Below, one piece after another: positions 1 through 9,307 of a DNA stretch of 64,000 nucleotides (positions are counted from its first letter, which is position 1; each line of letters begins with the position of its first letter). Both the position numbers and the translations under genes were made by a program. The stretch comes from an uncultured virus (IMG/VR IMGVR_UViG_3300021958_000051). Taxonomy: Duplodnaviria; Heunggongvirae; Uroviricota; Caudoviricetes. Location of the stretch: IMG/VR virus record IMGVR_UViG_3300021958_000051, positions 1 through 64,000 of that record, one strand, 5' to 3'. Under the pieces are notes generated by a model. That model was not told where the DNA came from, searched no databases, and worked only from the letters and a program-made list of their open reading frames with translations.

Positions 1-1584
1 CTAAAACCAACAAGTGTTAGTCTTTCCTCTCCAGCAGGATCTTATCCTAGTGATTTAATATTTACTTCATCTTACTCATTAAAAAAGAATCATTGGCACC
101 ATGTTTTACTTCAATGGGATTCAAACAACGAAACCGGTGATGTTAATTTATATGTAGATTCCGGGAAAACAACATTTAATATACCGTCAAGCAGTTTAAC
201 AACATCAAACGAAATTATAGTTTTAGGAAACTACCTAAATACAGGATCACTTGCTGCAGCAAAACTTTTCAACACAACAACTGCAAACAATGAAGGCTTG
301 ACAGTTTTGGCTGCTGGATTGGAAGATGCACAAAATCATGATCAAATATTTACAAATCCTTTAAATGCAGAAATACACAATATTAGATTGTTTGATCGAT
401 ATTTAAGCGAAGTTGAAATATCAAAGTTTAAAAATAGTGGAATTACTAACGAAAAGGTTAGAAGTGTCAATGTTTATGATAGTTTGTTGTTTTATGTCCC
501 ACCTTTCTTTTATCCTATTACAAGAGAAAGAGAAGTAATCGTAACACCATTTCAAACAATTACATCAACAACTAACGATCCTTTTAATGTACAGTTTTCC
601 TTTGGTGTATCTGGCAAAATGATAAATTTGGAAAACTTTACAAGAGAATTTATTCAAGGCGAATTTCCTCGCCTAATGTCTTTAAGCGGATCTACATTTA
701 CAGAAACCATTGAAAATATCACAGCAGACTCTTACGTATATAATACCGGGTCTATAGTTAAGAGAAATACAACAGTATTACCCTGCGATAACGGATTATT
801 TACACCTGATTTCTATCCAATTGCAATATCACCTGCATCAAGTAGTGCAACATATAACAATAACAATGGGACGTACGATTATTCTAAGATTAATTTAAAA
901 GAATTAATTCCAACATCTTCGTTGTTTCCGGGTTTAGTATATCAGGCTGGGTCAATATTTGATGATATTGTTGGTGCAAGTCCGGAAAACCCAGGTGTAG
1001 CACCAGGTTCTGTATTGACAATTGCTCAAAGAACTAAAGACGTGTCTTCAAATGAGATTGTTTTATTTGATATATCAAATCTTTATTATGGTAATAGAAT
1101 CCACCCAGGTTCATTTGAAATAGTAGATTCAAATTTGACCGGATCAAATGGTAGATTATCAATTAAACTTAAAGATAATGAAAGAGGAAGCCTTTATCGC
1201 GCTGATGCATTAACAACACATGCAACATGGAATAATGTAGGCGATATACTTTATGATGAAGGTATGGTTTTGATTAAATCACCTCATTTATTTTACTATT
1301 GCAAAGACAAAACTGATATCACTTTCAGAGGTGAGCAAAATATTCATACAATGATATTAAATGTACCTTTTGAGAAAGATTCTTTTAACTCATCATCTAA
1401 TGAAACGTTTAAATCGATTGCGCCTAGTTATAGTACTTTTGATAAAAGTTTAGATTCTTTATACATCACTGCAGTTAACATTCATGACGATAACTTTAAT
1501 ATTATTATGAAAGCTCATTTTGCACAGCCCATTTTAAAAACTGAGGCTGATGAGTTTGTTGTACGTCTTAAAATGGATTTTTAA
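1..1584 (+). CDS. 5'-truncated virion structural protein, LamG/concanavalin-like domain (baseplate/tail associated)
   Basis: Frame 1 is open from base 1 (LKPTSVSL...KKNHWHHVLLQWD...VNLYVD), so the gene starts upstream of the window. WHHV and 'IHNIRLFDRYLS' are LamG-like motifs; S/T/G-rich beta composition. Confidence 0.6.
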   Translation, partial: LKPTSVSLSSPAGSYPSDLIFTSSYSLKKNHWHHVLLQWDSNNETGDVNLYVDSGKTTFNIPSSSLTTSNEIIVLGNYLNTGSLAAAKLFNTTTANNEGLTVLAAGLEDAQNHDQIFTNPLNAEIHNIRLFDRYLSEVEISKFKNSGITNEKVRSVNVYDSLLFYVPPFFYPITREREVIVTPFQTITSTTNDPFNVQFSFGVSGKMINLENFTREFIQGEFPRLMSLSGSTFTETIENITADSYVYNTGSIVKRNTTVLPCDNGLFTPDFYPIAISPASSSATYNNNNGTYDYSKINLKELIPTSSLFPGLVYQAGSIFDDIVGASPENPGVAPGSVLTIAQRTKDVSSNEIVLFDISNLYYGNRIHPGSFEIVDSNLTGSNGRLSIKLKDNERGSLYRADALTTHATWNNVGDILYDEGMVLIKSPHLFYYCKDKTDITFRGEQNIHTMILNVPFEKDSFNSSSNETFKSIAPSYSTFDKSLDSLYITAVNIHDDNFNIIMKAHFAQPILKTEADEFVVRLKMDF

Positions 1585-1586
1585 TA

Positions 1587-2138
1587 GTGATATTAGCATT
1601 AGATATATCTACCTCGATAACTGGGTTCTGCGTTTTTAACGAATTTGATAACATTCATATTGGTCATATTGATTTAAGAAAAGAAAAAGATTTTTTTAAA
1701 AAAATTGATTTAGTAAAAGAAAAAATAGAAGAACTACACAAACAATACAATTTTAAAGAAGTTGCGATTGAAGAAGCTTTTCAGTCGTTTGGCCGCGGGT
1801 TATCATCTGCTAAGACTCTGTTTACACTGGCGAAATTTAACGGAATCATCCAATATATTGTATTCTCATTAGGAATAAAGGCCACAGTGATTAATGTGAA
1901 TAATGCTAGAAAACTTGTAGGTATTAAGGTTAATAAAAAAGATAAAACAAAAAATACAAAAGAGCAAGTATTGGAACAAGTTAAAGCTTTAGATTCTAGA
2001 ATAATATGGCCAACTCGAGTTTTAAAATCAGGTCCTAGGAAAGGAATGAGAATCCAAGACGACTGTTGTTATGATATGGCTGATGCATATGTGATAGGTA
2101 AAGCATTTTTAATTGAAAATAAAGGTATTGCTAAGTAA
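1587..2138 (+). CDS. ruvC: RuvC-like Holliday junction resolvase
   Basis: ILALDISTSITG, VAIEE and C-terminal DMADAYVI match the RuvC acidic tetrad. Confidence 0.85.
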   Translation: MILALDISTSITGFCVFNEFDNIHIGHIDLRKEKDFFKKIDLVKEKIEELHKQYNFKEVAIEEAFQSFGRGLSSAKTLFTLAKFNGIIQYIVFSLGIKATVINVNNARKLVGIKVNKKDKTKNTKEQVLEQVKALDSRIIWPTRVLKSGPRKGMRIQDDCCYDMADAYVIGKAFLIENKGIAK

Positions 2139-2141
2139 AAT
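2113..2141 (+). promoter_or_regulatory. sigma70-like promoter of primase
   Basis: TTGAAA (2113-2118), 17-nt spacer, TAAAAT (2136-2141), just upstream of ATG 2151. Confidence 0.45.
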
Positions 2142-2150
2142 AACAGTATT

Positions 2151-3110
2151 ATGATTACTGTTAAAGAAAAAATTAGGCTTATTGAGTCATGTTTTGGCGA
2201 TGCAAAAATAACTGCCGACAATAAAAATGCTGTTGTTTTTTGCCCAATGTGTAAAGCAAAAGGTAAAGATAAAAGAAAACTTGCAATTGGTATTGATAAT
2301 GGTGTATACCATTGTTGGGTCTGCGAATCAAAAGGCAGGAATATAGGAAGAATTGCTTTAAAATATTCTATTCAAAAGAAGGCTGCAACTGATCTTTATA
2401 CTTATTTTAAAAAGGATACTAAAGATGATGACCAAATTGCAGAGGAAGAGAAAAAAGCTATTAGTCTACCTGAAGATTTTAGACTTGTTGCAAAAGATCG
2501 ATCAGCTCGAACAAGACATGCAGCAGTTTACCTTAAAGATCGAGGCTTTAAAGAAGAAGATTTATGGCGATTCAGAGTCGGAATAAGTGAAGAATATAGT
2601 TTTAGAAATCGTGTAATATTTCCTTCTTATGATGCAGAACAAAATTTAAACTTTTTTACTGCTCGAGCAACATTAAAAGACATAAAGCGAAGATATCATA
2701 ATTGTACAGCAAGTAGAAAAGAAGTAATATTTAGAGAATTTGATATTGACTTTTCAAAAGAATTAATATTGACAGAAGGTGTTTTTGATTTATTGCATAC
2801 ACCTGAAAATTCTACGTGTTTATTAGGTAGTTGGATGGATGAAAAATATGCTTTATTTAAAAAGATAGTTAAAAACAATACACCTGTTATATTATGTTTA
2901 GATGAAGATGCAATGTCAAAAACACAAAAAATAGCTAGTAAATTATATTCTTATAATATTGACGTAAAAATATCCCAGCACACAGGTAAAGATTTTGGTG
3001 ATATGGAAAAATCTGAAGTTGAATATTATATTAATAACGCAAAACCTTATGATAATGTTGATCGTGTGTCATATTTAATAAATACAATAAGATCCGGATC
3101 TATGTTTTAG
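2151..3110 (+). CDS. dnaG: DNA primase (Zn finger + TOPRIM)
   Basis: CPMC...HCWVC zinc-binding domain; YLKDRG, RVIFP; TOPRIM motifs LTEGVFD, LCLDED and KDFGD. Confidence 0.85.
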   Translation: MITVKEKIRLIESCFGDAKITADNKNAVVFCPMCKAKGKDKRKLAIGIDNGVYHCWVCESKGRNIGRIALKYSIQKKAATDLYTYFKKDTKDDDQIAEEEKKAISLPEDFRLVAKDRSARTRHAAVYLKDRGFKEEDLWRFRVGISEEYSFRNRVIFPSYDAEQNLNFFTARATLKDIKRRYHNCTASRKEVIFREFDIDFSKELILTEGVFDLLHTPENSTCLLGSWMDEKYALFKKIVKNNTPVILCLDEDAMSKTQKIASKLYSYNIDVKISQHTGKDFGDMEKSEVEYYINNAKPYDNVDRVSYLINTIRSGSMF

Positions 3111-3122
3111 GAGAGAATTAAT

Positions 3123-3725
3123 ATGACTAAGTTAAACAGATCAGCACTTAAACAACTGATTGTTAAAGAAATGAAAAAAATAATGGATGAAGAAATAATT
3201 TTTTCAAAAAATGCAGCATTAAATAGAGGAATGTTAGGCAGGCATGACGATCCAGGTCGTCAAACTATGTATACATCATGTTCAGAATGTGGAAGCAAAA
3301 TGTATGAAGGTGAGTCTGTATGTGAACAATGTGGTTCAATGTATGAAGCCGAGTTAAATGAAGGTGATTGCGGTTGTGGAACATGTTCAACATGCGCGCC
3401 GAATAATGCAGACCTAGACTATAATTTTATCCCAGATCACATGCAACATGATCTATTGAACCAATTTCCACAAATGAAGAATATTGAAGTTGAAGTTGAA
3501 TATGATGACGATGTCAAGATAGGTAATCATAAAATTTTTAAAGGGTCATACATGGCAAAAAGTCATCTTTATAAAGTACACAAATATGCAGAAAAGCTTT
3601 ATCATATGATACCTGATGGGCACAATCTTGAAGATTGGATGAGAACAAAATTAGCACAAATTGCTGATGATATTGGTGAAGTTTATCATGCATTAGATCA
3701 TGACATATTTGAAGGTGATGTATAA
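3123..3725 (+). CDS. hypothetical Cys-rich protein with shared N-terminal leader
   Basis: RBS AGGAG; leader MTKLNRSALKQLIVKEM; 8 Cys (CSEC, CEQC, CGCGTCSTC); helical C-terminal module. Confidence 0.75.
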   Translation: MTKLNRSALKQLIVKEMKKIMDEEIIFSKNAALNRGMLGRHDDPGRQTMYTSCSECGSKMYEGESVCEQCGSMYEAELNEGDCGCGTCSTCAPNNADLDYNFIPDHMQHDLLNQFPQMKNIEVEVEYDDDVKIGNHKIFKGSYMAKSHLYKVHKYAEKLYHMIPDGHNLEDWMRTKLAQIADDIGEVYHALDHDIFEGDV

Positions 3726-3726
3726 C

Positions 3727-5019
3727 ATGTTATCTTTGACGTCTCTTTTTAAAGAAACAAAAGAAACGCTGACTGAAGAACAAAAAAAGCACAGGGGTAG
3801 AGCTAACAAGTATATAAAGGATACGTCAGTTTTACCTGAACTTAAATGTCCTGAAGTGGGTAGTATTATTCATGATAGAGACGTCGAGATGATTAAACAT
3901 TATTTTTATAACAAGTCTCTCTCTGATGATTTTTTAGAGGCAGCTCATGATTCTTGTAAGAAAGTTTTTAAAAAGTTTTGCAAACAAAATAATTATAAGA
4001 TCAACTGGGAATTAATAGAAGACGGTCTTAAAGATTCCCATGCTATTATTTTTTCTCTTAAAAATAAGTTTAAAAGACCTAGACCTAAAGAATTATTAAA
4101 AATTGAAGATCCTGAATTTGACAATATTGTTGATATGGATTCTTATTCTTTTCCAAGCGGACACACAACAACAGCATTTTTTATAGCAACAGTATTATCT
4201 GATGTTTTACCTGAAGAAAAAAATCATTTCAAAACAATGGCAGAATTAATAGGTCAATCTAGGATTGAAAATTGTGTCCATTATCCGACTGACGTCATAC
4301 ACGGTCAATTGTTAGGTGAATTATTAGGTCAGCTATTTTTAAATGAAATTAGTAATAAAAAACATGATATAACTGAAATTAAGCTTAAAAGAAAAGATGA
4401 AAAAGTTTTATCACAAAAATTAAGAGAAAAAGCGTCAGAATTATATGATGAAAACTTTATCGAAAATTATTGTCATGACATGGCAGAATTTATTCAAATC
4501 TCTTGTAAAATTGAGCAAATAGATTTGCCTTATAATAAATGTTATGAGGCATGTCATGATTTTATAAGCGGATATCCTTTAAAAGATATCGATAATGATC
4601 ACATCAGATCACATTTACAAATGATGTGCATGGCAAACAAATTAGATGATTTAGATAGCGTATTTTCAATTATTAATCTTCATAAACAACTTGATGATAA
4701 AATTGTTGACAAAGGAAAACCTGGAATGCTGAGGTATTTTAATCGTGCCTCATCGTATGGAAATGAATATAGCTATCCTAATAATATTATAGTCGATATT
4801 CAGAAACTAAAAAAGATTGATAATCCTTATATTAAACATATAGTATATGAATGGATTCATCCATTTTGTGATGGAAATGGAAGGTCTGGTCGAATCAAGT
4901 TATTATTTGATTTAGGAATAGACTTTAGAGCAGTTAATCATTTTTGCGGCAAGGATTATTTAAATATCATACAAAAATTTGTTGACAAATATGAAACAAT
5001 TGATAATGTTTTAAATTAG
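3727..5019 (+). CDS. PAP2/haloperoxidase-type phosphatase fused to Fic domain
   Basis: PAP2 motifs KNKFKRPRP, SFPSGH and SRIENCVHYPTD; canonical Fic motif HPFCDGNGRSGR. Start set at ATG 3727, directly after the upstream stop (track gives 3700). Confidence 0.85.
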   Translation: MLSLTSLFKETKETLTEEQKKHRGRANKYIKDTSVLPELKCPEVGSIIHDRDVEMIKHYFYNKSLSDDFLEAAHDSCKKVFKKFCKQNNYKINWELIEDGLKDSHAIIFSLKNKFKRPRPKELLKIEDPEFDNIVDMDSYSFPSGHTTTAFFIATVLSDVLPEEKNHFKTMAELIGQSRIENCVHYPTDVIHGQLLGELLGQLFLNEISNKKHDITEIKLKRKDEKVLSQKLREKASELYDENFIENYCHDMAEFIQISCKIEQIDLPYNKCYEACHDFISGYPLKDIDNDHIRSHLQMMCMANKLDDLDSVFSIINLHKQLDDKIVDKGKPGMLRYFNRASSYGNEYSYPNNIIVDIQKLKKIDNPYIKHIVYEWIHPFCDGNGRSGRIKLLFDLGIDFRAVNHFCGKDYLNIIQKFVDKYETIDNVLN

Positions 5020-5026
5020 TATATGC

Positions 5027-5055
5027 GTGTAAATTTTATTAATTTTAGTTATAAT
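5027..5055 (+). promoter_or_regulatory. sigma70-like promoter
   Basis: GTGTAA (5027-5032), 17 nt, perfect TATAAT (5050-5055). Confidence 0.5.
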
Positions 5056-5079
5056 ATAAGCATAACCAAGGTGTAATTT

Positions 5080-5472
5080 ATGGCTAAAATTAAAAGAAGT
5101 ATTCTTAAAGATATTAAAAAGGCTGCTCGAGAAATTAAAAAACAAGAAAATAATTCACGAAGCAAACCTCAATATCAGACACAGTTATCTTACGATCAAA
5201 GGCGTCAAATAAGGCAAGAAGCTTTTAATGACCATAAAATTAAAGTAACTTGGAACATACATCCTGGTGATTTGGTTAAAATTAAATCAAATCATTCACC
5301 GACAGGTAATGTAATATACGGTTTAGTAACGTGGGGTGTGCAAGAAACATTCCAAAGAGCGCCTAGCTTAGGTCATAAGAAGAATTTATCTTGGTATGAT
5401 AATAAAATTAGAGTAATGTCATCCGCTGGTTATCTTTTCTTTCCAGCTAGCGGAATGACTGTAATTAGTTAA
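5080..5472 (+). CDS. hypothetical protein (possible SH3/KOW-like C-terminus)
   Basis: RBS AAGGTG; basic N-terminus; 'IHPGDLVKI' resembles a KOW/SH3-barrel start. Confidence 0.65.
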   Translation: MAKIKRSILKDIKKAAREIKKQENNSRSKPQYQTQLSYDQRRQIRQEAFNDHKIKVTWNIHPGDLVKIKSNHSPTGNVIYGLVTWGVQETFQRAPSLGHKKNLSWYDNKIRVMSSAGYLFFPASGMTVIS

Positions 5473-5480
5473 GGAGAAAC

Positions 5481-8400
5481 ATGAGAATTATTCATATCGC
5501 TGATGTTCATTGGCGCGGATTATCACGCCACGAAGAATATATTTTAGCATTTAAAGACTTTTTTAAAAAAGCAAAAGCACTCAACCCGGATATTATTTAT
5601 ATTGGTGGTGATATTGTTCATTCTAAAACACAAGGAATATCTCCAGAATTAATTCAGTGTTTAGCGTGGTGGTTTAATGAAATGGCTAAAGTTGCACCTA
5701 CTCACGTCATCCTAGGAAATCACGATGGGCTCATTTTAAACAAAGATAGGCAAGATGCAGTTTCTCCAATCATTAAAGCTCTAAATAATCCAAATATTTA
5801 TCTCTATAAAAATAGTGGAAATTATGAAATCCCAGGACACCCTGGTTTTTACTGGAATGTTTTTTCTTGTTTTGACGAAGAAGGCTGGAATAAAGTCTCT
5901 CCAATTCCTGACAATGTTAATATTGCCTTATATCATGGTGCAGCATATGGTTCATTAACAGATACAGATTGGCAACTTGAAGGTGAAATTTCAAAAGGTA
6001 TATTTAAGGGATTTGATTTTGCGCTATTAGGTGATATCCATAAACGACAATTTCTTAATGAAGAAAAAACTGTCGCCTATTGTGGATCTACAATACAACA
6101 GAATTATGGAGAAACCATCGATAAAGGGTTTTTATGCTGGGACATTAGAGGTAAAGGAGACTTCGATGTAGAGTTTCACAGTGTTCAACCAGTACATCCT
6201 TTCTATACAGTTGAATGGTTAGGTAGCGTAGAAGAAACACTTGATTATTGTGAAAATCTTCCTAGACAGTCAAAGATAAGAGTTAGAGCAGATAATTTTA
6301 TTTCACAATCTGATACACGTAGATTAAGAAAACTGTTTAAGAAATCTTTAAATGCCGCAGAAGTAGTTTATAAAATCGATTCTAAGTTTGATGCTGAGCA
6401 TGTTGTTGACGAAACAAATAAAAATGCAATTAATCTTCGCAATCCGGACACACATAAAGATTTGCTTAGAAATTATTATTCTTCTCAAAAATTTACTAAA
6501 GACGAATGGCAAAAAATAGATAATCTAGTTGATAAGTATATTGATCAAATAGGTGGAGCTGAAGACGGTAGAAATATAAAGTGGACAATTGATAATATAG
6601 GATTTGATAATGCATTTTCATATGGAAAAGATAACTACATTAATTTTAAATCTTTACCAGGAATTACAGGTATTTTTGGTAGAAACGCAAGAGGAAAATC
6701 ATCTATTATTGGAACAATTGCCTATGCTTTGTTTAATACTTCTGATAGAGGTTCAATAAAAAATCTGCACTTAATTAATACAAGATATAATAATTGCAAA
6801 GCTGAAATTGACATTACTATTAATGGTATACCACATCGAATAATTCGACAAACTGTTAAAAAGGTAACGAAGAAAAACGTGTGGGCTCCTACAACACTTA
6901 AATTTTACCGTTTAGATAAATATGGTGAAATAGTAGAGGACCTTACTGATGAACAACGTCGTGAAACAGAGAAAATAGTCAGATCTAAAATAGGCACTGC
7001 AGAAGAATTTATGATGACTTCTTTGGCTTCTCAAGGTGAAATGAACACTTTTGTCAAAGAAAAAGCAGCTGCCAGAAAGCTACATTTATCAAATTTTCTT
7101 GATTTAGGTGTATTTGATAAACTTTATGATTTGGTTAAAAAAGATTCGAATGAAACACGAGCTAGGGCAAATGCATTATCAGGCGAAAATTGGCAACAAA
7201 AAATAGATAAAAGTCAAGCAAGAATTGATGATTATTTAAAGAAGAAAGCTTTTAAAGAATTAGATGTTTCAGAAAACAAAAAGAGAATTAAAGAGTTAAA
7301 TAAAGCATATCATAAAAAAGATACAGCTGAGCTAATTGATGCTAAGACTATTAAGGAAATGCAAAATCAATTGATACAAATTGATAATCAATCAAGAAAA
7401 TTATCTCAATTAAAAGGTGAAGCTGAAGACAGTATATCAGAAAAAGAAGAAAAAATTAAAAAAATTAAAGACTTTTTAGCAACTATTGACATTGATGAAA
7501 TTAATAAAAAACGAGAAGCTAAAATCAAAATAGAGAAAAATCTAGCAGAGCTACAAGGTCTTTACAATTTAGAAAAAAGAGAATTAGAGATAATTGAAAA
7601 GTCTGTTAAAAAGTTATCTGAAGTACCTTGTGGTGATCGTTTTCCTTCTTGTAAGTTTATTAAAGAGTCTCATAAGAATAAGAAAAAATTAGATACGCAA
7701 GAAAAAAAGGTAACGTTATTGAGTGTAAAAATTGATGATATTTCTGAAACTTTTAAAGTGTATAGCAATGATAATTTGGATGAAAAGATTAGTAAATATA
7801 ATAAGTTATTAAGAAGAAAATCAGAGTTAATAACAGATGTTTCTGATGTTCGTATTAAAATTAGTCAATATACACAAAATATTGAAAGGTTAGCAGATCA
7901 GTATGAGGATAAACATTCTGAATTTATAAAACTTAGAGAAAAATTTGAGCTTCAAGAAGTTGATGATGAAGTTGCTGAATTATTAAAACTCATTAAAAAA
8001 GAAGAAAGAAGTCTAAAAGAAAATGAAAATAATTTGACTTCAATAATACAACAATTGGCAAATCACAAGGCAAATGTTAAGCTTTTTCAAAAGCAAAAAG
8101 ATGAATATGACAAAGCGAATGGTGAACTTAAAATGTATGATGTGTTTGCTCAGGCAGTATCTCGAAGAGGTATACCCGTACAGATAATTCATTCGTTATT
8201 GCCAAAAATTAATGCTGAAATTGCTAAAATTCTTAATGGGGTTGTTGGGTTTGTAGTTGAGTTAGAGGCAGATTTGGACTCTAATGCAATGGATATATAC
8301 ATCAATTATGGAGATTCACGTCGTATAATAGAATTAGGCTCTGGAATGGAAAAAATGATGGCGTCTTTAGCAATACGTGTGGCATTAATAAATTGTTCAA

Positions 8401-8612
8401 CTCTTCCGAAAACAAACATGTTAATGATTGATGAAGGATTTGGTGCTCTAGATGAAACAAACTTAGAAGCTTGTGGTAAACTTCTTCAATCATTAAAAAA
8501 ATGGTTTAAAAATATTCTTATAATTTCTCATATTGATGCAATTAAAGATGTTGTTGATAATACAATTGAAATTATGAAAAATGGAGTTGATTCACGTGTA
8601 TATCAAGAATAA
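5481..8612 (+). CDS. fused Mre11/SbcD nuclease - Rad50/SbcC ATPase (T4 gp47-gp46-like)
   Basis: Phosphoesterase motifs IADVH, GGDIVH, LGNHD and LGDIH; Walker A GRNARGKSS; Q-loop SQGE; long coiled coil with central Cys pair; signature GSGME; Walker B LMIDEGFG; H-loop ISH. Confidence 0.92.
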   Translation: MRIIHIADVHWRGLSRHEEYILAFKDFFKKAKALNPDIIYIGGDIVHSKTQGISPELIQCLAWWFNEMAKVAPTHVILGNHDGLILNKDRQDAVSPIIKALNNPNIYLYKNSGNYEIPGHPGFYWNVFSCFDEEGWNKVSPIPDNVNIALYHGAAYGSLTDTDWQLEGEISKGIFKGFDFALLGDIHKRQFLNEEKTVAYCGSTIQQNYGETIDKGFLCWDIRGKGDFDVEFHSVQPVHPFYTVEWLGSVEETLDYCENLPRQSKIRVRADNFISQSDTRRLRKLFKKSLNAAEVVYKIDSKFDAEHVVDETNKNAINLRNPDTHKDLLRNYYSSQKFTKDEWQKIDNLVDKYIDQIGGAEDGRNIKWTIDNIGFDNAFSYGKDNYINFKSLPGITGIFGRNARGKSSIIGTIAYALFNTSDRGSIKNLHLINTRYNNCKAEIDITINGIPHRIIRQTVKKVTKKNVWAPTTLKFYRLDKYGEIVEDLTDEQRRETEKIVRSKIGTAEEFMMTSLASQGEMNTFVKEKAAARKLHLSNFLDLGVFDKLYDLVKKDSNETRARANALSGENWQQKIDKSQARIDDYLKKKAFKELDVSENKKRIKELNKAYHKKDTAELIDAKTIKEMQNQLIQIDNQSRKLSQLKGEAEDSISEKEEKIKKIKDFLATIDIDEINKKREAKIKIEKNLAELQGLYNLEKRELEIIEKSVKKLSEVPCGDRFPSCKFIKESHKNKKKLDTQEKKVTLLSVKIDDISETFKVYSNDNLDEKISKYNKLLRRKSELITDVSDVRIKISQYTQNIERLADQYEDKHSEFIKLREKFELQEVDDEVAELLKLIKKEERSLKENENNLTSIIQQLANHKANVKLFQKQKDEYDKANGELKMYDVFAQAVSRRGIPVQIIHSLLPKINAEIAKILNGVVGFVVELEADLDSNAMDIYINYGDSRRIIELGSGMEKMMASLAIRVALINCSTLPKTNMLMIDEGFGALDETNLEACGKLLQSLKKWFKNILIISHIDAIKDVVDNTIEIMKNGVDSRVYQE

Positions 8613-8865
8613 AATTAAATTCGTAAATGAAGATACTACAAGTAAAAAAGAGTCTTTTTATTGTCAATTATGTAATTATCCTTTGATCACAATGTTAGAT
8701 TTTGAAAAAAGTAATGAATATAATGCATGTAACGAATGTTATCTTGAATTTATAGAGTCTAGAAGAAAAGATTGGAAAGAAGGTTGGCGTCCAGATAAAT
8801 CAGCATTGCATGAGTATATTTATTTACGTAAACAACTTGACAAAAGAATAAATAATAATAAATAG
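8581..8865 (+). CDS. small Zn-finger hypothetical protein
   Basis: CQLC...CNEC; fills the gap before the next gene; true start uncertain. Confidence 0.65.
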   Translation: MELIHVYIKNKIKFVNEDTTSKKESFYCQLCNYPLITMLDFEKSNEYNACNECYLEFIESRRKDWKEGWRPDKSALHEYIYLRKQLDKRINNNK

Positions 8866-8875
8866 GAGTATAATT

Positions 8876-9307
8876 ATGCCACTTAATTTTGAAGAAGTCA
8901 ACGTTTTAGGAAATATCATTAATGATACGTACGGAAAAGGATCAACAAATTACGGGGAGGGAGGAAGTAGATATACACTAGGAGGACCTGGAAGTCATTC
9001 TTCAGTCGTTACTAAATCCTCTTTGCAAGGAAACACACTTTCTGTTACGTCTTTGGCGGTTATTAATTTAACTCATCATAGCATGCAACACCAAGAAATT
9101 GCTAAATGTGAAAATGAGCTAAATCAACATATTAAAAAATATATTGCTGATATTAAGAAAGAATTTAAAAAGAAAGAAAATGCAGGAAGAGTTTTAAAGT
9201 GCAAGCAAGTTAAAAACTCAGAAAGAAATTCTGTTGAAATGATTAATCATTATAATGTTAATAGACCTGCAATAGTGAGAAGAACAATTGACTTTGAGGT
9301 GGATTAA
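8876..9307 (+). CDS. hypothetical protein upstream of terminase
   Basis: RBS AGGAG; stop abuts the terL start. Confidence 0.7.
   Translation: MPLNFEEVNVLGNIINDTYGKGSTNYGEGGSRYTLGGPGSHSSVVTKSSLQGNTLSVTSLAVINLTHHSMQHQEIAKCENELNQHIKKYIADIKKEFKKKENAGRVLKCKQVKNSERNSVEMINHYNVNRPAIVRRTIDFEVD

Noticed and set aside
8876..9307. Small terminase subunit
   Set aside because: Position fits, but I see no recognisable TerS motif; left as hypothetical.
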